A stretch of DNA of 64,000 nucleotides, taken from assembly GCA_001179505.1 (NCBI GenBank), contig CDMY01000989.1, positions 164,310 to 228,309 on the forward strand. The letters run 5' to 3'. This DNA comes from Vitrella brassicaformis CCMP3155 (Eukaryota; Protista; Chromerida). Shown here piece by piece: positions 1 to 13,586 of the stretch. The translations under genes were made by a program, and so were the position numbers. The notes under the pieces are model-generated. The model saw only the letters and a program-made list of their open reading frames with translations. It ran no database searches and was not told where the DNA came from. Each line of letters opens with the position of its first letter. Position 1 is the first letter of the stretch.

Positions 1-701
1 CTTCCCCCCTACTGACCTGTACCTCTTCACTCGCTTCCCTGTGGTCCTCCACCCCCGCCAAGTCATTCTCCTCGATGACGAATTCCACTCTTGCTCGCCC
101 GTTGTTCCTTACATTCTTGAACGGCGACAGATCAACAATTTCAGCCCCTGGAGATGAGGACTCACGCACCCTGCGCTCAGGAGTGGTGGGCGTCATGTCG
201 AACCGTGTGAGACGCCTCCGGGGACGCCGAGGCCCCCACCGCGATCTCAAAGTCGATCCCTCGGCAGATGCCGCCCTCTCCTGACCTCACACCTCATCGC
301 TTAGCTCTACAGGATGATGATTATCGGCGTCCTCACCTTCTTCGGTCAACAGAAACGGAGATTCGGCGAAGATTTGCTCAGATATGTATCGTCCGTTCCT
401 GGCTGTGCGTGATTGCAGGCTTCACCAAGAACAAATCCAACTCTTATCTGCCGTGCATTCACGGGGACCGCCAAATCACGCCGACAACCACATTCTCCCG
501 CCCTCCCTGCAGGCCCCCCGGTGTGCTCTGAGAAGACACGGGTGACCATCTGAGGCATCTCGGCTCATTTCTCTGAGGCCCACCTCCCACCAGGAGCCCA
601 GGAGAGCCCCTGTTGGCTGTCGCGTGATTTGTCCCGCCCCGCCATCCGTCCATACGACAACACGTCCCTCTGGTCAGCACAAGGGGCTGGCAACGTAATC
701 A

Positions 702-3690
702 ATGGGTGCGGTCACTTTGTGGAGCGTCCTACCTGGGGCCCTCCAGCCTGTCCTTCTCATCGCTCTGCTCTGGTCTGTGGGATTCCTACTCGGTCAGCCA
801 CACACACCAAAACACACGGCACTGTCTCAGGTTTTTTCTTCCATCTCAGGTACGTTTCCCCGTGGCAAGCCTGTGTTGGATGATGGGTTCGTCAAGAAGC
901 TGAGCCGCCTGACGACGGAGGTGCTGCTGCCGGCTCTTTCCTTTCTCTCCCTGTCGGCGTCATTCTCTGTGGAGAAAGTATCGACTCTGTGGCCGCTGGT
1001 CGTGTGGGGCGCCTTCCAGCTGTCACTGTCCTTCTGCCTCGGACAGCTGGCCGTGCTGACCCTCAAGATCGCTGCCAGGAGGTGGAACCTACCATCGCTC
1101 CCACCGCCTGTGCTCGCACTGATTCCTATGGTAAATGTGTGCAGATGAGGGAATGCACTGGGTCTGTCCTTAGAGTCATTCGTGTGCTGCTGTCTGGTGG
1201 TTTGGTTGTCTGGTCGTTGTTTGTGTCTGTGTCTGTAGGTGTGTACGTGGCACAACGCTACAGGGTTTCCCGTGCCAGTGGCTCAGGCGCTGTGCGACTT
1301 CCTGGACGACCCTGAGGTCAGTAGATGTACCAAACGGACCGCATTGGCCTCGATGTGAGAATGTGCCATATGTGTGTGGGCTGTTGATTGGTTCAGGAGT
1401 GTGCCGAGGAGATGAATGGGTATTCGTTCATGTACACGCTCATGTGGCGCATCACCATCTGGTACGCAGAGAGAGACACAGACATCAAAACATTGGAAAG
1501 GCAGACATGTCCACGTGTGGCTCAGGTCCATCGGCGACTACCTCATCAGACGGATAGCCACACTACTCGAGAGAGAAAAGGAAAAGACCCAACTGCCGCC
1601 CCTGCCCTCCCCCTCCCCATCCCCCACCCNNNNNNNNNNNNNNNNNNNNNNNNNNNNNNNNNNNNNNNNNNNNNNNNNNNNNNNNNNNNNNNNNNNNNNN
1701 NNNNNNNNNNNNNNNNNNNNNNNNNNNNNNNNNNNNNNNNNNNNNNNNNNNNNNNNNNNNNNNNNNNNNNNNNNNNNNNNNNNNNNNNNNNNNNNNNNNN
1801 NNNNNNNNNNNNNNNNNNNNNNNNNNNNNNNNNNNNNNNNNNNNNNNNNNNNNNNNNNNNNNNNNNNNNNNNNNNNNNNNNNNNNNNNNNNNNNNNNNNN
1901 NNNNNNNNNNNNNNNNNNNNNNNNNNNNNCCCCCTTTCCCCCCCACCACCGCCCCCTCTCCCCGCCCTCGCCGCCATGGCCAGCCTGGCGGAGATAGAGA
2001 TGACCCGCTGCAGCAGCGGGCCCACTGCATCCACTGCTGTCTCACCCTCCTCGAGAGACCCCGCCGTGCCGCTCTCCAGTGAGAACTCGCAGGCCTCCAC
2101 GCCATCGCAGCAGCCCAAGAAGACCACCAAGAAGGCCTCCCCGAAACAGAGACGCCGCAAGGCCATGCGGTTCAGGAGCCCCGACGGCCACAACAAGGAC
2201 CACAAGCTGGCAACGATGCGTAACAAGTCGTTTCACGTGAGACGCGGGTCGGACGGCACGAAAACACCGCTGCTGAGCGACGCCGAGAAGGGTTTGCCGC
2301 GGTCGGCGGTGAGCGAGCGGCTAGTCAAGAACATGCCGGCCTTCGAGGCCCTGTCGAGACACAACAGGGCCAGGTGTGGCTCTGCGCAGAGCGACTGTGG
2401 GGCGGAGGGGGAGGGCGCCTCACCTTCAGCTGAGGGTGGGGCGAATGGTGGGAGGGAGAGGGAGGGGAGTAGGGCGTCCACACGGGAGGGGAGCGAGAGC
2501 GATAGCAGGGTGACGGAGGCAGGCAGGGGCCTTAAGGCGTGGGCCGCGGTCAAGAAATGGTGGTCACAGGGTAAGCAGACAGAGAGAGAGAAGACACCAA
2601 GTAGACGGAGCAACGGGGCGCCTGATCTGTGTTTTGTGTTTTTTCTGTTGTGTGTGTCTCTGTGTGCCGTGCAGTGTGTCGTTGCGTGGCGTGGGTGTGG
2701 GGTATGATGGGCCCGCTGACCAACCCGATGATGATGTCGACGTGGCTCGGCATCCTGTTCGGCCTCTGGCCCGCATTCAAGACACAGCTCTACGGAGACA
2801 CCGGCAGATTCAAGTGAGGAATTGACCTACCGACCCACCACACACATGGGAGACACTGAGGCACATTCTGTGTGTCTTGTATATGATACAGGGTGTTGGG
2901 TAAGGCGTTAGAATTCTACGGTGAGCCGGCCACGTGTGTGAGTGTACTCGTCATGGGCGCATCCCTCGCACACGTAAGGACACGACAATCTGACTCCGCA
3001 TCGCATTCCTCCACACAACACACACACGCCCCATTTCACCGTCCTTTTCTGTGGGCCTGCAGAGTTTTCGGGATCGCCATTCGCCCCGCTCGTCGGACAC
3101 ATCCAGTTCATTCAGCAACTTCCCATGGTCAGCCGCCAACACATGACCCACACACACCACACACACCATTGTGTGTGTGTTTCTCTTTTGCCAGGCATGC
3201 ATTGATCGCTCTGTTGGCCGTCAAGATCATCCTCATCCCCTCAGCGGCCATCCTCTCCTTCTACACACTCGACCACCTGGCTGGCCTGACCTACCCGGCC
3301 GCACTCGAGACGCCCCACCTCGACATACGCCCCACCGCCGCCAGCGCACCACACGTACATACGCCGGCCCCGCTGCCGCCCCACACGAGATCCATCTTCT
3401 CTGTATTGCCGCCGTCCACTTATGTGCGGCTTATCGTACTGGTACGCAGACACACACATAGACACACACACACAGAGAGGGGAAAGGAAAAGGAAACCCG
3501 CGTTTGTGTTGTCTCTGTTTGTTGAGTGTAGATTGAGTTTTGCTCTCCCCCGGCCAACACACACGTGGTGATGGCGCGGAAGGTGGGGTTCAACCCCTCT
3601 GGGGTGTATTTGTGGCTGGTGCCCTTCACGCTCCTGCCTTTGCTGACCGTGACGGCCTTCTTCCACTGGTGCTATGCCTCCGGACCATAG
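702..3690 (+). CDS. Auxin efflux carrier (AEC)/PIN-LIKES-type membrane transporter, multi-exon, interrupted by an N gap
   Basis: Manual splicing gives MGAVTLWSVLPGALQPVLLIALLWSVGFLL..VKKLSRLTTEVLLPALSFLSL..HNATGFPVPVAQALC..ECAEEMNGYSFMYTLMWRITIW, then a long hydrophilic loop, then NPMMMSTWLGILFGLWP..LEFYGEPATCVSVLVMGASL..LAVKIILIP..IEFALPPANTHVVMA..stop TAG at 3688-3690. This is the two-TM-bundle layout and motif order of AEC/PILS proteins. Confidence 0.8.
1630..1929. other. Assembly gap of 300 N. Gaps of identical size occur at 51330-51629, 53228-53527, 55323-55622 and 62254-62553
   Basis: Runs of exactly 300 n, i.e. placeholder gaps of unknown true length. Confidence 0.98.
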
Positions 3691-4925
3691 ACAGCGAGGG
3701 AGGGAGGGAGGGAGGGAAGGAAGGTGTCACACGCTCACATATGCGTCTGTATGTATGTATGTATGGGCACATATAGCCACACGCACAAGGGGTGTGTACG
3801 CATGAGTGAATGAGTGAATGGACTTTTTCCACCAGAGCGTCTGTGTGTTGATTGGATTTTTCGCGTGAGGGGTGAGGAGGGGAGAAAGGAAGGAAGGAAA
3901 GGACGGAAGAGATGAGATGAGGTGAGGTGATACGAGGGAGGAGATGGTTTCAATTTGACCGGCGCTAGCTGTCTGTCTGTGTGGTAAATGTCTGTCTGTC
4001 TGTCTGTCTCCCCGCTGATTTTTATTAAGCCCATGGTGATGACCATTTGTTGCAACGCGCTGAGTGCTCTCCACTGCTGCCTATGATCCAACTGACACAA
4101 CAATATCAGAACACGCACCTGCCACGGGTGCGTCCGTATGTGCATGCATTTCACTATTGTGTGTTTGTGCTGGGGCGGTCTGCCTGTGCCGCCGTAGAGC
4201 GAACGGCCGGCAGGCAAGTTGGTGGGGTGGATGTGTGGGATTATTGTTTTTCAACAAGACCGGTTTTGTTGAAGATCGATTCATTCTTTTGATTAAGTGC
4301 GTATGTGGATGCGTGTCCGTGTTCTTGCCCTGCCTGCCTGCCTGCCTGCGTGGCTACATGCCTTCTCATCTCATTAGGGAGAAAGGAAAGAACACAGCAC
4401 AAACGCACTGCATATACAGTACACACACATACATATACACATATATCAGTGTGCGAGTGCTGTGCTGTGCACGTGTGTGTATGTGTGTGTGTGTGTGTCG
4501 CCGCTAGCTAGGCTTTGCTGCGGGCGGGGCGTATGCATGCCATGCGTGCCCTTGGTTGAGGCGCACCGGGGGTCGGGGCGATGGGACACACCCAAACACA
4601 CGCACATCCACACATCCACCCACACAGACGTTGGTATCAATCACGTGATATCGATGGACTGGACGGATGCTCATAGACATCATTCACCATTCATTCAACG
4701 AATCTGACCACCATCCATGGCATGGACAGCAAGCAGTGCAGTCTGCACACACAATTCTCTCTTGCCAGCAATGCATTGACTGATCCATCCATCCCCACAG
4801 GCAGGCATAAGACAACACACGAGCCAGCCAAGTGCCCGCCCTCCACCCACCACCCCGCCACACCACACCACACCCCGGCCAGCCACCCAGGTTGGTTGGT
4901 GAGTGAGCGGCTGAGTCCGTGTGTG

Positions 4926-7845
4926 TCACTTTTTCTTCTTTTTCTTTTCGGCCTTGAGTCGTGTCTCTTCCTCCAGCTGCTTCTTCTCAACCAACTGGGT
5001 TTCAAGAATGCCCAACTGGGACCTGCACTAGAACACAAAGAAAGAGAGAGGGAGGTCAGCCATTATATTCACACAGCGAATCAATCAGCGGTTTCTCTGT
5101 CTGTCCACAATGAATGCAATGCGATGCGTCCGCTCACTGACTTTGCCTGCTCCAGCAGCTGAGGCGGGACGTCATAGTGCTCCGCCTCGGACACATTCTT
5201 CTGCACACACACACACGCACACACACACACCCCAGACAAGCAAACACCCATTCATGCGGGTCTTGATTCGTGTCTCGCTTCGTGTGGTCTGAGTCAGGTG
5301 ACTGACTCACCCTGTATTCCTCGAGGTATGCCTCAAAGGCCTCCGAGTTGGCGTGCCATGACGGCAGGGTCGCGGCCACATAGTCAGGGATGCCCTCCTC
5401 GCCCAGCAGCGACTTCAACGCACACGCAGGGGCCACCTCGACCACACGACCATGCAGTGACCTAAGGACACAGACAGACACACAAATGTACAGAGCAAAC
5501 CCTCAGGGAGGAATGAGACATGAGCCATTGGCATGGGAGGAGAGTGAATGCTCACTTCTGGGATCTTAGAGTGCCGAGAAGTCGGTCTGCGCGTTGCAGC
5601 AGTGCGTCTGTGGCCTGCTCTTCCTTGGCCACTTTGAGCTGCTCCTCAAGCACCCTGCGGGAACACCAAGACGGTAGGTACATGACACGCAGGCAGACAG
5701 GCAGACACTCACTCAGCTTTTTGGCCTACCGCATGAATGAATCGGACGGCCTGAATGCTGCCGTGGATGCCGCAGCTGGGAGGGAGGTCTTCTTGCCAAG
5801 GGTCCTTGTGAGGTCGCACTCCGCCTTGAGACGCCGCACGAGAGCCGTCGCACGACTCAGCAAGTGGGAGTCGGCCTCCTGTGTGTGGCCAGCCACGAGC
5901 AGGAAGGGAGTCATATAAGAGCTTCATTGGCATATGGATGCCTACATGTTTGAGGGCTTCTGTTTGTGCCTCCTTGAGCGTCGCCATGGCGCCGAAGAAT
6001 GTCTCCACATCCTCGATGGCCTGCAGACGGCAGCATACACACGCATATCGCACGAGATGCAGACATACACCTCACTGCCACCCTTACAGGGAGGTCCATG
6101 GCCTTGCTGAGGGCGATTTCGCTCTCCAGTTTGGCCTTCATCCTGATGCACTGGTCGTAGAGCTTGACGTCCACAGGTTTGTCCTTGGCGCCCTCGAGAG
6201 CCTGCTTGATGGACGACAGCTGGTGCGGCGCCTCCACGTTGAGCTGGTAGGCGTTGGACAGCTGGTGCTCGGCCTCCTGGATGGTGCTCTTGACAGGCTG
6301 AGACCTTGGCTCGCGAAAGGAGGAAAGACGATGTCAAGAAGGAGAGGTTGGTCAGAGGCCATTTGTGTATCCTACCAGGTGACGGGTTTCTCCTTGTCCT
6401 GCGAGTCGACCTCTGCATGTGCGTATGTCTTGATGACGGCCTCCTCGCTGAAGAATTCCTCCGTCCAGCTGCACATGAAGCGAAGCACCTGGATGGGCAA
6501 GCAGACAGACAGACAGACAGAGACAGAGAGCAAAGGAAACACATGAAAGAGAGAGAACCGTGCCCTGGATTCAGCCACCTTGTATGAGAACTGCTTGTGA
6601 GTGATTTTGCACGACAATGTGGCCATGGCCCGCTCCAGCAAGGACTTGACTGCCGGCGCCTGCAGCCGGCAGTGAGGGAGACAGACATGTCAACAGCCGG
6701 CCACGCAATCAGTCATTTGTGTGCACCCACCTACCGTGGCCAGTTCGAGGGCCTTGTGTCCTCTGTCGTTCTTGCAGGATATGTCGATCCCCTGCGAGAG
6801 GACACACTTGACCGTCGTCAAATCTCCGCCCGCCGCAGCTGCATGTGCAGGAGGATGGAGAGATAATGTCATGTCAAAGCAGTGAGCGAGTCTCTCCTCG
6901 CTCACCTGAGTGAAGGACGGTGTTGCCAAGAGCGTCTCGTGTCGAGACGTCAAGATTGGCTCGCAGCAGCAGCCACAGGACGCGCAAATGACCCTTGAAT
7001 GCAGCCCAATGCCTGCCGCAGCAGCAGCAGGCAGCATCACAAAAGCGCCCATATCCTCCCAATATTCCAGACTGCGCCTCACGCACTTACAGCGGCGTAT
7101 GTTTCCTTCTGGGTCTCTTGTGGTGTGTCCTGTCATCGCCTCCTTCAGCGACCCTGGTGGCCGACCTGCCTGCAGCCCCCATCTTGGTGTCTGATGCCCG
7201 TGCGCCCCCTGCGTGGCCCTCTCTGGGCCCTTGGGACGCTGCAATGCCCGGCGTGGTTGGCAGGGTGGCTTGAGCGATCAGGTCGTCTCTGTCTCCTCTC
7301 GATTTGTCGCGGTAGATGTCCGCCGCCCCACAAGAGAGGAGGTGACGGGTGAGAGAGACATTGCCGTTGCAGGCCGCCCATGTCAACGCGGACCACTGCT
7401 TTGAGTCCTGCACACCCATGCACACATAAAGACAGACGGCAGACAAAGTAGGCATCCGTGTTTCTATGTATCCATCTCCCTCTCGCTCACCTCGTAGTCC
7501 ACATGTGCGCCCTTCTCTATGAGCTGGATGGCCTCTTCCGTGTCGTTGCGGCGACACGCCTCTAACAGCAGGGGATTCAGCTCATCAGCTGGAAAACAGC
7601 AAAACACATTGCTGTGGTGGAATGGCGTCAGTTAGGAGCCCACTTACCAACGCCTTTCTGTTCTGCCGCCTGCAAAAGCAGCCAGTGACACACGATGATA
7701 TTCGTCGTCGAAGATATGATCAGCGTGCATACCTCTTCGTCGTCATCGAAATCTGCCGCATTGGCACCGCCCAAGTCGCCCAGCCTGTAGCCATGCAAAG
7801 CACATGAGCCTCCATTCGTAGAGAGGAAGCTTCTTCTCACCTCAT
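4926..7845 (-). CDS. Ankyrin-repeat protein with a C-terminal coiled-coil and Lys-rich tail, multi-exon
   Basis: Spliced MRLGDLGGANAADFDDDEE..LNPLLLEACRRNDTEEAIQLIEKGAHVDY..WSALTWAACNGNVSLTRHLLSCGA..RDALGNTVLH..GDLTTVKCVLSQGIDISCKNDRGHKALELA (ANK repeats), then helical exons ending LEEETRLKAEKKKKKK-TGA at 4926. Confidence 0.75.
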
Positions 7846-7990
7846 TTTCCCGAGATGGTGGGGGCTGTGTGGGGGCCTGGAGCGAGCTCAATTCCTTTTG
7901 AGTCGTTGCTGGCCCTGTACGTGCAAGCCCACTTTCGAGTCGGAGGAAGCGATGAGCCCCCCGTTCTTTCCGTCCTCTCGCCCTTCAGCC

Positions 7991-10228
7991 ATGCTCCCAC
8001 TGCTGCTGCTCTCTTTGTTTCTCGTCGCGCAGCCGCCTGCAATTCGCGGCCAGCCAGCGGAGGTGACATCAAGTATGCGATTCTCACCTACGCAATATGG
8101 GCTCCATGGCCCCAGCAGAACATCTTCCCAGCCTTCGACTACTATTCTGAGCGCCTCAACAGCGGCCACTGGAATGGCAAACGGCTCACGGCGGGGAATA
8201 CGACGATTCGCCTCGAACGAGACATCATTGAATATGATCGCTCTGGCTGGACCGCGGAGCAGATGGATGCCCTGACCAACGACACCTATTGCGCTGATAA
8301 GCTATGGACTCCTTCCCGATGTTATACTCCCTCTTGCGCAGCACAAGAACCTCCTGCATGTCGTGGGTTGGTCGCTCGACGCCGTCTCAGCGGATTCATT
8401 CGTGTTTGACAAATATCCCTTACCTCCTGAAGTCGGTCAGGGCATCCTCTCGCCCTTCAAGACACGCGGCTACACCAAGTGTGCAGTGATAAGCTCCAGC
8501 AATCCGTACTGGCGTCCGTACGCTGATCTGATCATAGACGCCATCCGGAGAGAGAACATGACGCTCACGCTGCTTATGGACATACCCGGTGACCCAGCCA
8601 ACAATCTCCCCCTTATAGCACTGGGCTATGCGGCCGATGAGGCGATAAACGATACATACGGCAACTGGACATTCGAGCATCAAGATCCGCTCAACCCGGG
8701 AACAAACAAGACCTACGGGCCCAAATTGCTTGGGAACAATCATCTTGGAGAGGACTTTGCCCAGGGCCTCAAAGATACCGGCATCGAGGTTCTCTTCCAT
8801 CATGGTTTTGCCGATTCATTGACCTTGGGGCCTGACAATTATGATAAGATGAATATGGACGTCGAGAATGAATTCAACCAGATTCTCATCGACAAGGGCG
8901 TCGACCTGAAGGCCAGTCGATCAATTAATCAGTCAGTCAGTCTGTCAGTCAATCAGATAGCGAGTCAGGCCAGGAGAAGGGAGGGAGGGATCCGTGTGAC
9001 GTGTGATGTTTCAGTCAGTAGTGTCTCTCTATCTGCACACGACGACACAACCCCTTTCTCTTTCTCTGTGCGTGTGTGTGTGTGGTCAGGGCTGGTACGT
9101 ACGACCACTGACTGGATCAAATGAAAGCGTTACTTAAAGAACTCTGTTGCTGGACACACAGCTGCATACGTCGGCTTCTGCTGGTGTTGGTTGGTGTGTT
9201 TGTTGCTTGGTGTAGGTTCCGTGACGCTCAAATCGCGACAGCCGACACCTACTACCAGTATGGCGCCCACAATCTGACGGATTTTCTCCTCACAAATGCC
9301 GAGTGGACGTCCAAGGTCAACTGTTACGATGCCTTCCTCGACGTTTGGAGCAGCGACCTGATCGCCGATTACAACGCCTGGCCCAACCGCACCACCGACT
9401 ACGATAGGATGGTCAATCAGCACCTCCACGCAGGTAGGCAAGCCACCCACCCATCCATCCATCCCCAGCGGGCAGCGGGCGAAGGGATGACATGTTTATT
9501 TGTGCGTGTTTGCACCTTCATTCATCAGCGCATCTGCTGGCGATTGCCATTTCAATGTTGACCGAGTGGAGTCCCGACATGGACACGAACCGGGCGGCCA
9601 TCAAGGCGGCGCTTTAGAACAACAGCTTCGACACCTTCTGGGACACCAACATGTGGTTCGACAAGGATAACCGACTGAACGGCGACTTCATCACGCTCCA
9701 GCAGTTCCCAGGGACCACCAGCTTCGACGACTTGAAGGTCGTGGCACCTGAGACCGTCGCAGAGGTGCCCATCCAGATCCCCTTGCCGAGCTTCCAATCG
9801 AGGTTTGAGGGCTGCCCCCCTGGCACGTTTAACAACGGTACGTACAGCTGAGAAGTGTCGACTCTTCTGTTATAGCTGCAGATAGAAACACACTGTATCG
9901 ACGGCTCGTGTCTCCCCTTGGTTTGTCATCTGTCGGTCTGCTTGCAGGGTTGGAGTGCCAAAACTGCTCGGCCAACACCTTCAACGACCGCATGAATGTC
10001 TCAGCGTGTGACTCGTGTCCCGCGGGGTCGGTCCAGCCCGCAGCGGCGGAGACGGCATGCGAGTGCGCGATAGGCTTCTACAGAGTATACAGAGAGGGCT
10101 CGGCGAACTACACGGCCTGCCGAGCCCGCTCGACGACCAACACCACAGGAGCGACGTCCATCCACCACTGCGAGTGCGAAGCGGGATTCTACCTTCTGGC
10201 CGGGAGTAAGTACTGCCAGCCAAAGTAA
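7991..10228 (+). pseudogene. Interrupted secreted or receptor-like protein: signal peptide, type-1 periplasmic-binding (Venus flytrap, LIV-like) domain and Cys-rich (GCC2/GCC3-like) repeats
   Basis: Signal peptide MLPLLLLSLFLVAQPPAIRG. PBP1-like segments AFDYYSERLNSG..IEYD and IKAAL*NNSFDTFWDTNMWFDKDNRLNGDFITLQQ..VVAPE. CPPGTF/CSANTF/CPAGS repeats follow. Restoring the protein needs a frameshift near 8063, a compensating one near 8282, and reading through TAG at 9615-9617. Confidence 0.6.
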
Positions 10229-11247
10229 GTACTCCCACGTGGCGAGACATTGTATGTGTGGTTGAGCACTAAGGGCCATCTATCTGTGTGTGCCTAGTGA
10301 CGAGTCGTCCGCTCGTTCCTCAGCCATGCTGCTCCCGTTGGTGCTGCTCCTGCCGTGTCTCGCCATGCTCCTCCCTGCAGCGCAAGGGGTGGTCCACTGA
10401 TCAACTGAAGCGCACAAGCTTGACAGCAGGGGAAGGAGAGGGAGAGGGAGATTGGGTGTGTGTACAAAGGCATAGGTACACAGACAGATGAAAGTGTGGC
10501 TGACTGACCGCTCATGCATAGGCACACGAACCGTGGTCCCTCGCATGCCGGCCCATCTGCCTGTTCTGACTGCATTTATTTATGGATTGTGTGTGGATGT
10601 GGGTCTTTATCTCGACCCTCTTGTGTGTCTGTCTGTCTGCTGAGTAGATAACAGTGGTCTAATTAGTACGGTAGACATGGGTAGGGACCGGCACGCGGGT
10701 AGACAGACAGCGTGTTGCCACCGGTTGTAGCGAATGTGTGAGGCCACCAATAGCGTGGCCTGGATGTATTTTTCGTCCCTGTCTGTCGGTGTGCGTACTG
10801 GACATATCCATCCAGGTGCGTGTTGGCCAACCAATTCATCCCCCGGTGGATGCTTTTTGCGCACGTGTGTGTGGATGGACGGACCAGCTACCGCTAGGCC
10901 GCTGTGTGTGTGTTGTGCAAGTGCCTGCGTTCATGGCTGCCGGCTGTCCTGGGAATCGGTTCTGTCTCGGATGTATGAGCGCCATGTGTGACGGTGTGTG
11001 TGGCAATTAATTATCTGCTGTGAAACCCCGGTGCAGCTAAGCTACCATCTCGAGCGTGGTGTCCCCACCTCACCGCGCAGATAGACACTCGCGCATAACG
11101 TATATACGGAAACAAACAAAACGAGCACCCATCGCAGGATTGTTCACCTTCCAAGATGCCTCTCGACCTATGCGATGCGATCCATATGTATATGTACATG
11201 CACACACCGGCCGGCCGGCGGGTGAGTCTGTCTGTCTTTCGTATGAC

Positions 11248-12111
11248 TCATTCGTATCGCACCCTCTTGGCCGGATGAGCTGACCACAACGTGTCACAAC
11301 AGAACACCACACACCCGCCATACAGACACACTCACTCAGAAGCTGTCTGTGTTGACTGACAGGTGTGGTGTGCTGTGCACCTGTGGAGAACTCCGGTTTG
11401 AGACGATAGTACTGCTTCTTGTCCCCAGGCTGCCTGAGAGCCGATACATGTACACACCACATCCATCTGTCACTGCTCATCAATCACCCTCTGTCTGGCT
11501 GGCTTACTTGTCATTGTCGGCGATCAGCTCCACCACACTCTTCAGGTGCGTCTGCCACACACAAACACAAACACACAAACAAACAAACAAACACACACAC
11601 ACGCACACACGCATGACGCGCCGCGCCGTACCTCACACCGCCCCACAGACAGACACAGCCACACAAGCGCAGCGTACGTGTGGCTGGTTGGTGCGGCCGA
11701 CGAGGTCCTTGATATTCCACGCATCCTGCGACTCGAACAGGCGGAACAACACATCCTTCAACTTGTCGGGGTCCATCGGCGGGTCACGCTGCTTGGCTGC
11801 CGAACACGACACATGGATAGAAGAAACCTCATGTGGTGTGGTGTGCGAGTGCGGGTGTGTGGGTTGCTGCGTGGCGTACGCACATGGAGGTTTCCTGGAG
11901 GCCTGCTGTGCGACTGCAGCCCTGGCGGGGGCGGGGCGGCCCTCATCCGAACTGTCGTCGTCTGCACACACACACATAGAAGGGCAGGGCGGGTGGCCAA
12001 GTAGGTGAGAGCAATCGACAGATGGGTGCATTTCGCGGCCGTACCGTCGCCTCCAGGGCCTCCTGCCCTGATGGCCACATCCGGCTTGTAGTAGCTGAAC
12101 AACTGACCGTT

Positions 12112-12142
<31 letters not shown>

Positions 12143-13114
12143 ACATACACACATACACAGGGGGCATCAAGTGTGTGTGTGTGTTCGAATCAGTCATTCC
12201 CCGACTGACCCTGGGTTGGTGGACACCCGACGTCCGCTCATTGGGGTTGGTCTCGATGGTCTGCACGCGACGCTCTGATGCACACATCACATCCACACAC
12301 AGACACACCGACACACAGACACACCGACACATCGAGACAGGCACACGTGTGTGTGAGTCGGTGTGTGCATGGGCCTACTGACCAGGTTGTGCCAGCTGTA
12401 CCCTCTTTTTCAGTTTCTGGCAGACACAGATACACACACAGGGCTCACAAGTGATGCCATCCGTCCGACCTGACCTCCCCTGTGTGTCTGGACCTACCTG
12501 TTGTGCGGCGAGGTCATCACTGAAGGGCACAAGGGTCGACGTGGTTTGCACCTCACCCTCCAGACTCATCACGGCCTCGCCACCCTACACAAATCAGTGC
12601 ATTCCTCTACCTGTCTGTCTGTGCTCTTTGCTGTGCGGCTGGTGTTGCTGAGCGACCTGTGTGGCGATTCCCTTGACGTAGACGCCCTCGGTGGGTTTGC
12701 TCTGCACCTTGTACTGCCGTATCGACGACCCGTCCACCCCCATGCTGCTGCTGGCGGGCGTGTGCGGAAGCACCAGACGCTCCTGCCAGCAGCAACGCGC
12801 ACACAACACACACATACACAACACACGATGATGTGTATTGCCGGTTGTGTGGATGTTTGTGTGTGTGTCAATCGCACCATTTTCCGTTCCCTGACAATGT
12901 GTCCGAGGATCTCTGAGGGCTGCGCCTGGTTCCACCGATCTGCCACAGCCTTGGGCACCTGCAGGCAACACAGATCTCATCAGATCAGCGTCAGCTCATG
13001 GTTGCGTGGCGTGGGTTTGTGTGTCAGGTGAGTGACCTTGAGCAGCCTGACAGGCAGTGGGTGGACCTGCACCTGCACGGGCGGATTCAGCCCGTTGCTG
13101 GCGCTCTCTGACAT
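11248..13114 (-). CDS. GTF2F2: Transcription initiation factor IIF beta subunit (RAP30/Tfg2)
   Basis: N-terminal RLLK|VPKAVADRW (family motif VWLVKVPK..W). C-terminal winged helix LKDVLFRLFESQDAWNIKDLVGRTNQP and YYRLKPEF. Stop TGA at 11248-11250. Confidence 0.85.
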
Positions 13115-13385
13115 CCCTGGCGACGAAGAGGAAGGGCCGTTCCCAGGGGAAGAGATTCGTCCAAGCTCGCAGATCGGCGAGGGGGGAGATTTTTTGAATG
13201 CTGAGCGCATCCACCTCATCCGTATGTCCAGTACCAACCAGGATGAATGAATATCGCCATGGTGAATTGTCTTTCACGCAATGGACGGGTGGATGGATGA
13301 ACGGACGAATCAGATCTGATTCAATGCACAATGCGTCACGTGCAGACAACTCTCATCTCTCCTGCAGTGATAAGGTCACATCTCA

Positions 13386-13412
<27 letters not shown>

Positions 13413-13416
<4 letters not shown>

Positions 13417-13552
13417 GTGTTGTGTTGTCTCTTGTAGTCGATGAATGCCTCAAGGTTGTCGGCCACCTCCTCCACACGACACACACTCGACTCGTCAAAT
13501 GCCACTGACCTGCCCCGCACCTGCACGCATCAATGGCCATGCAGATCTGCTG

Positions 13553-13586
<34 letters not shown>

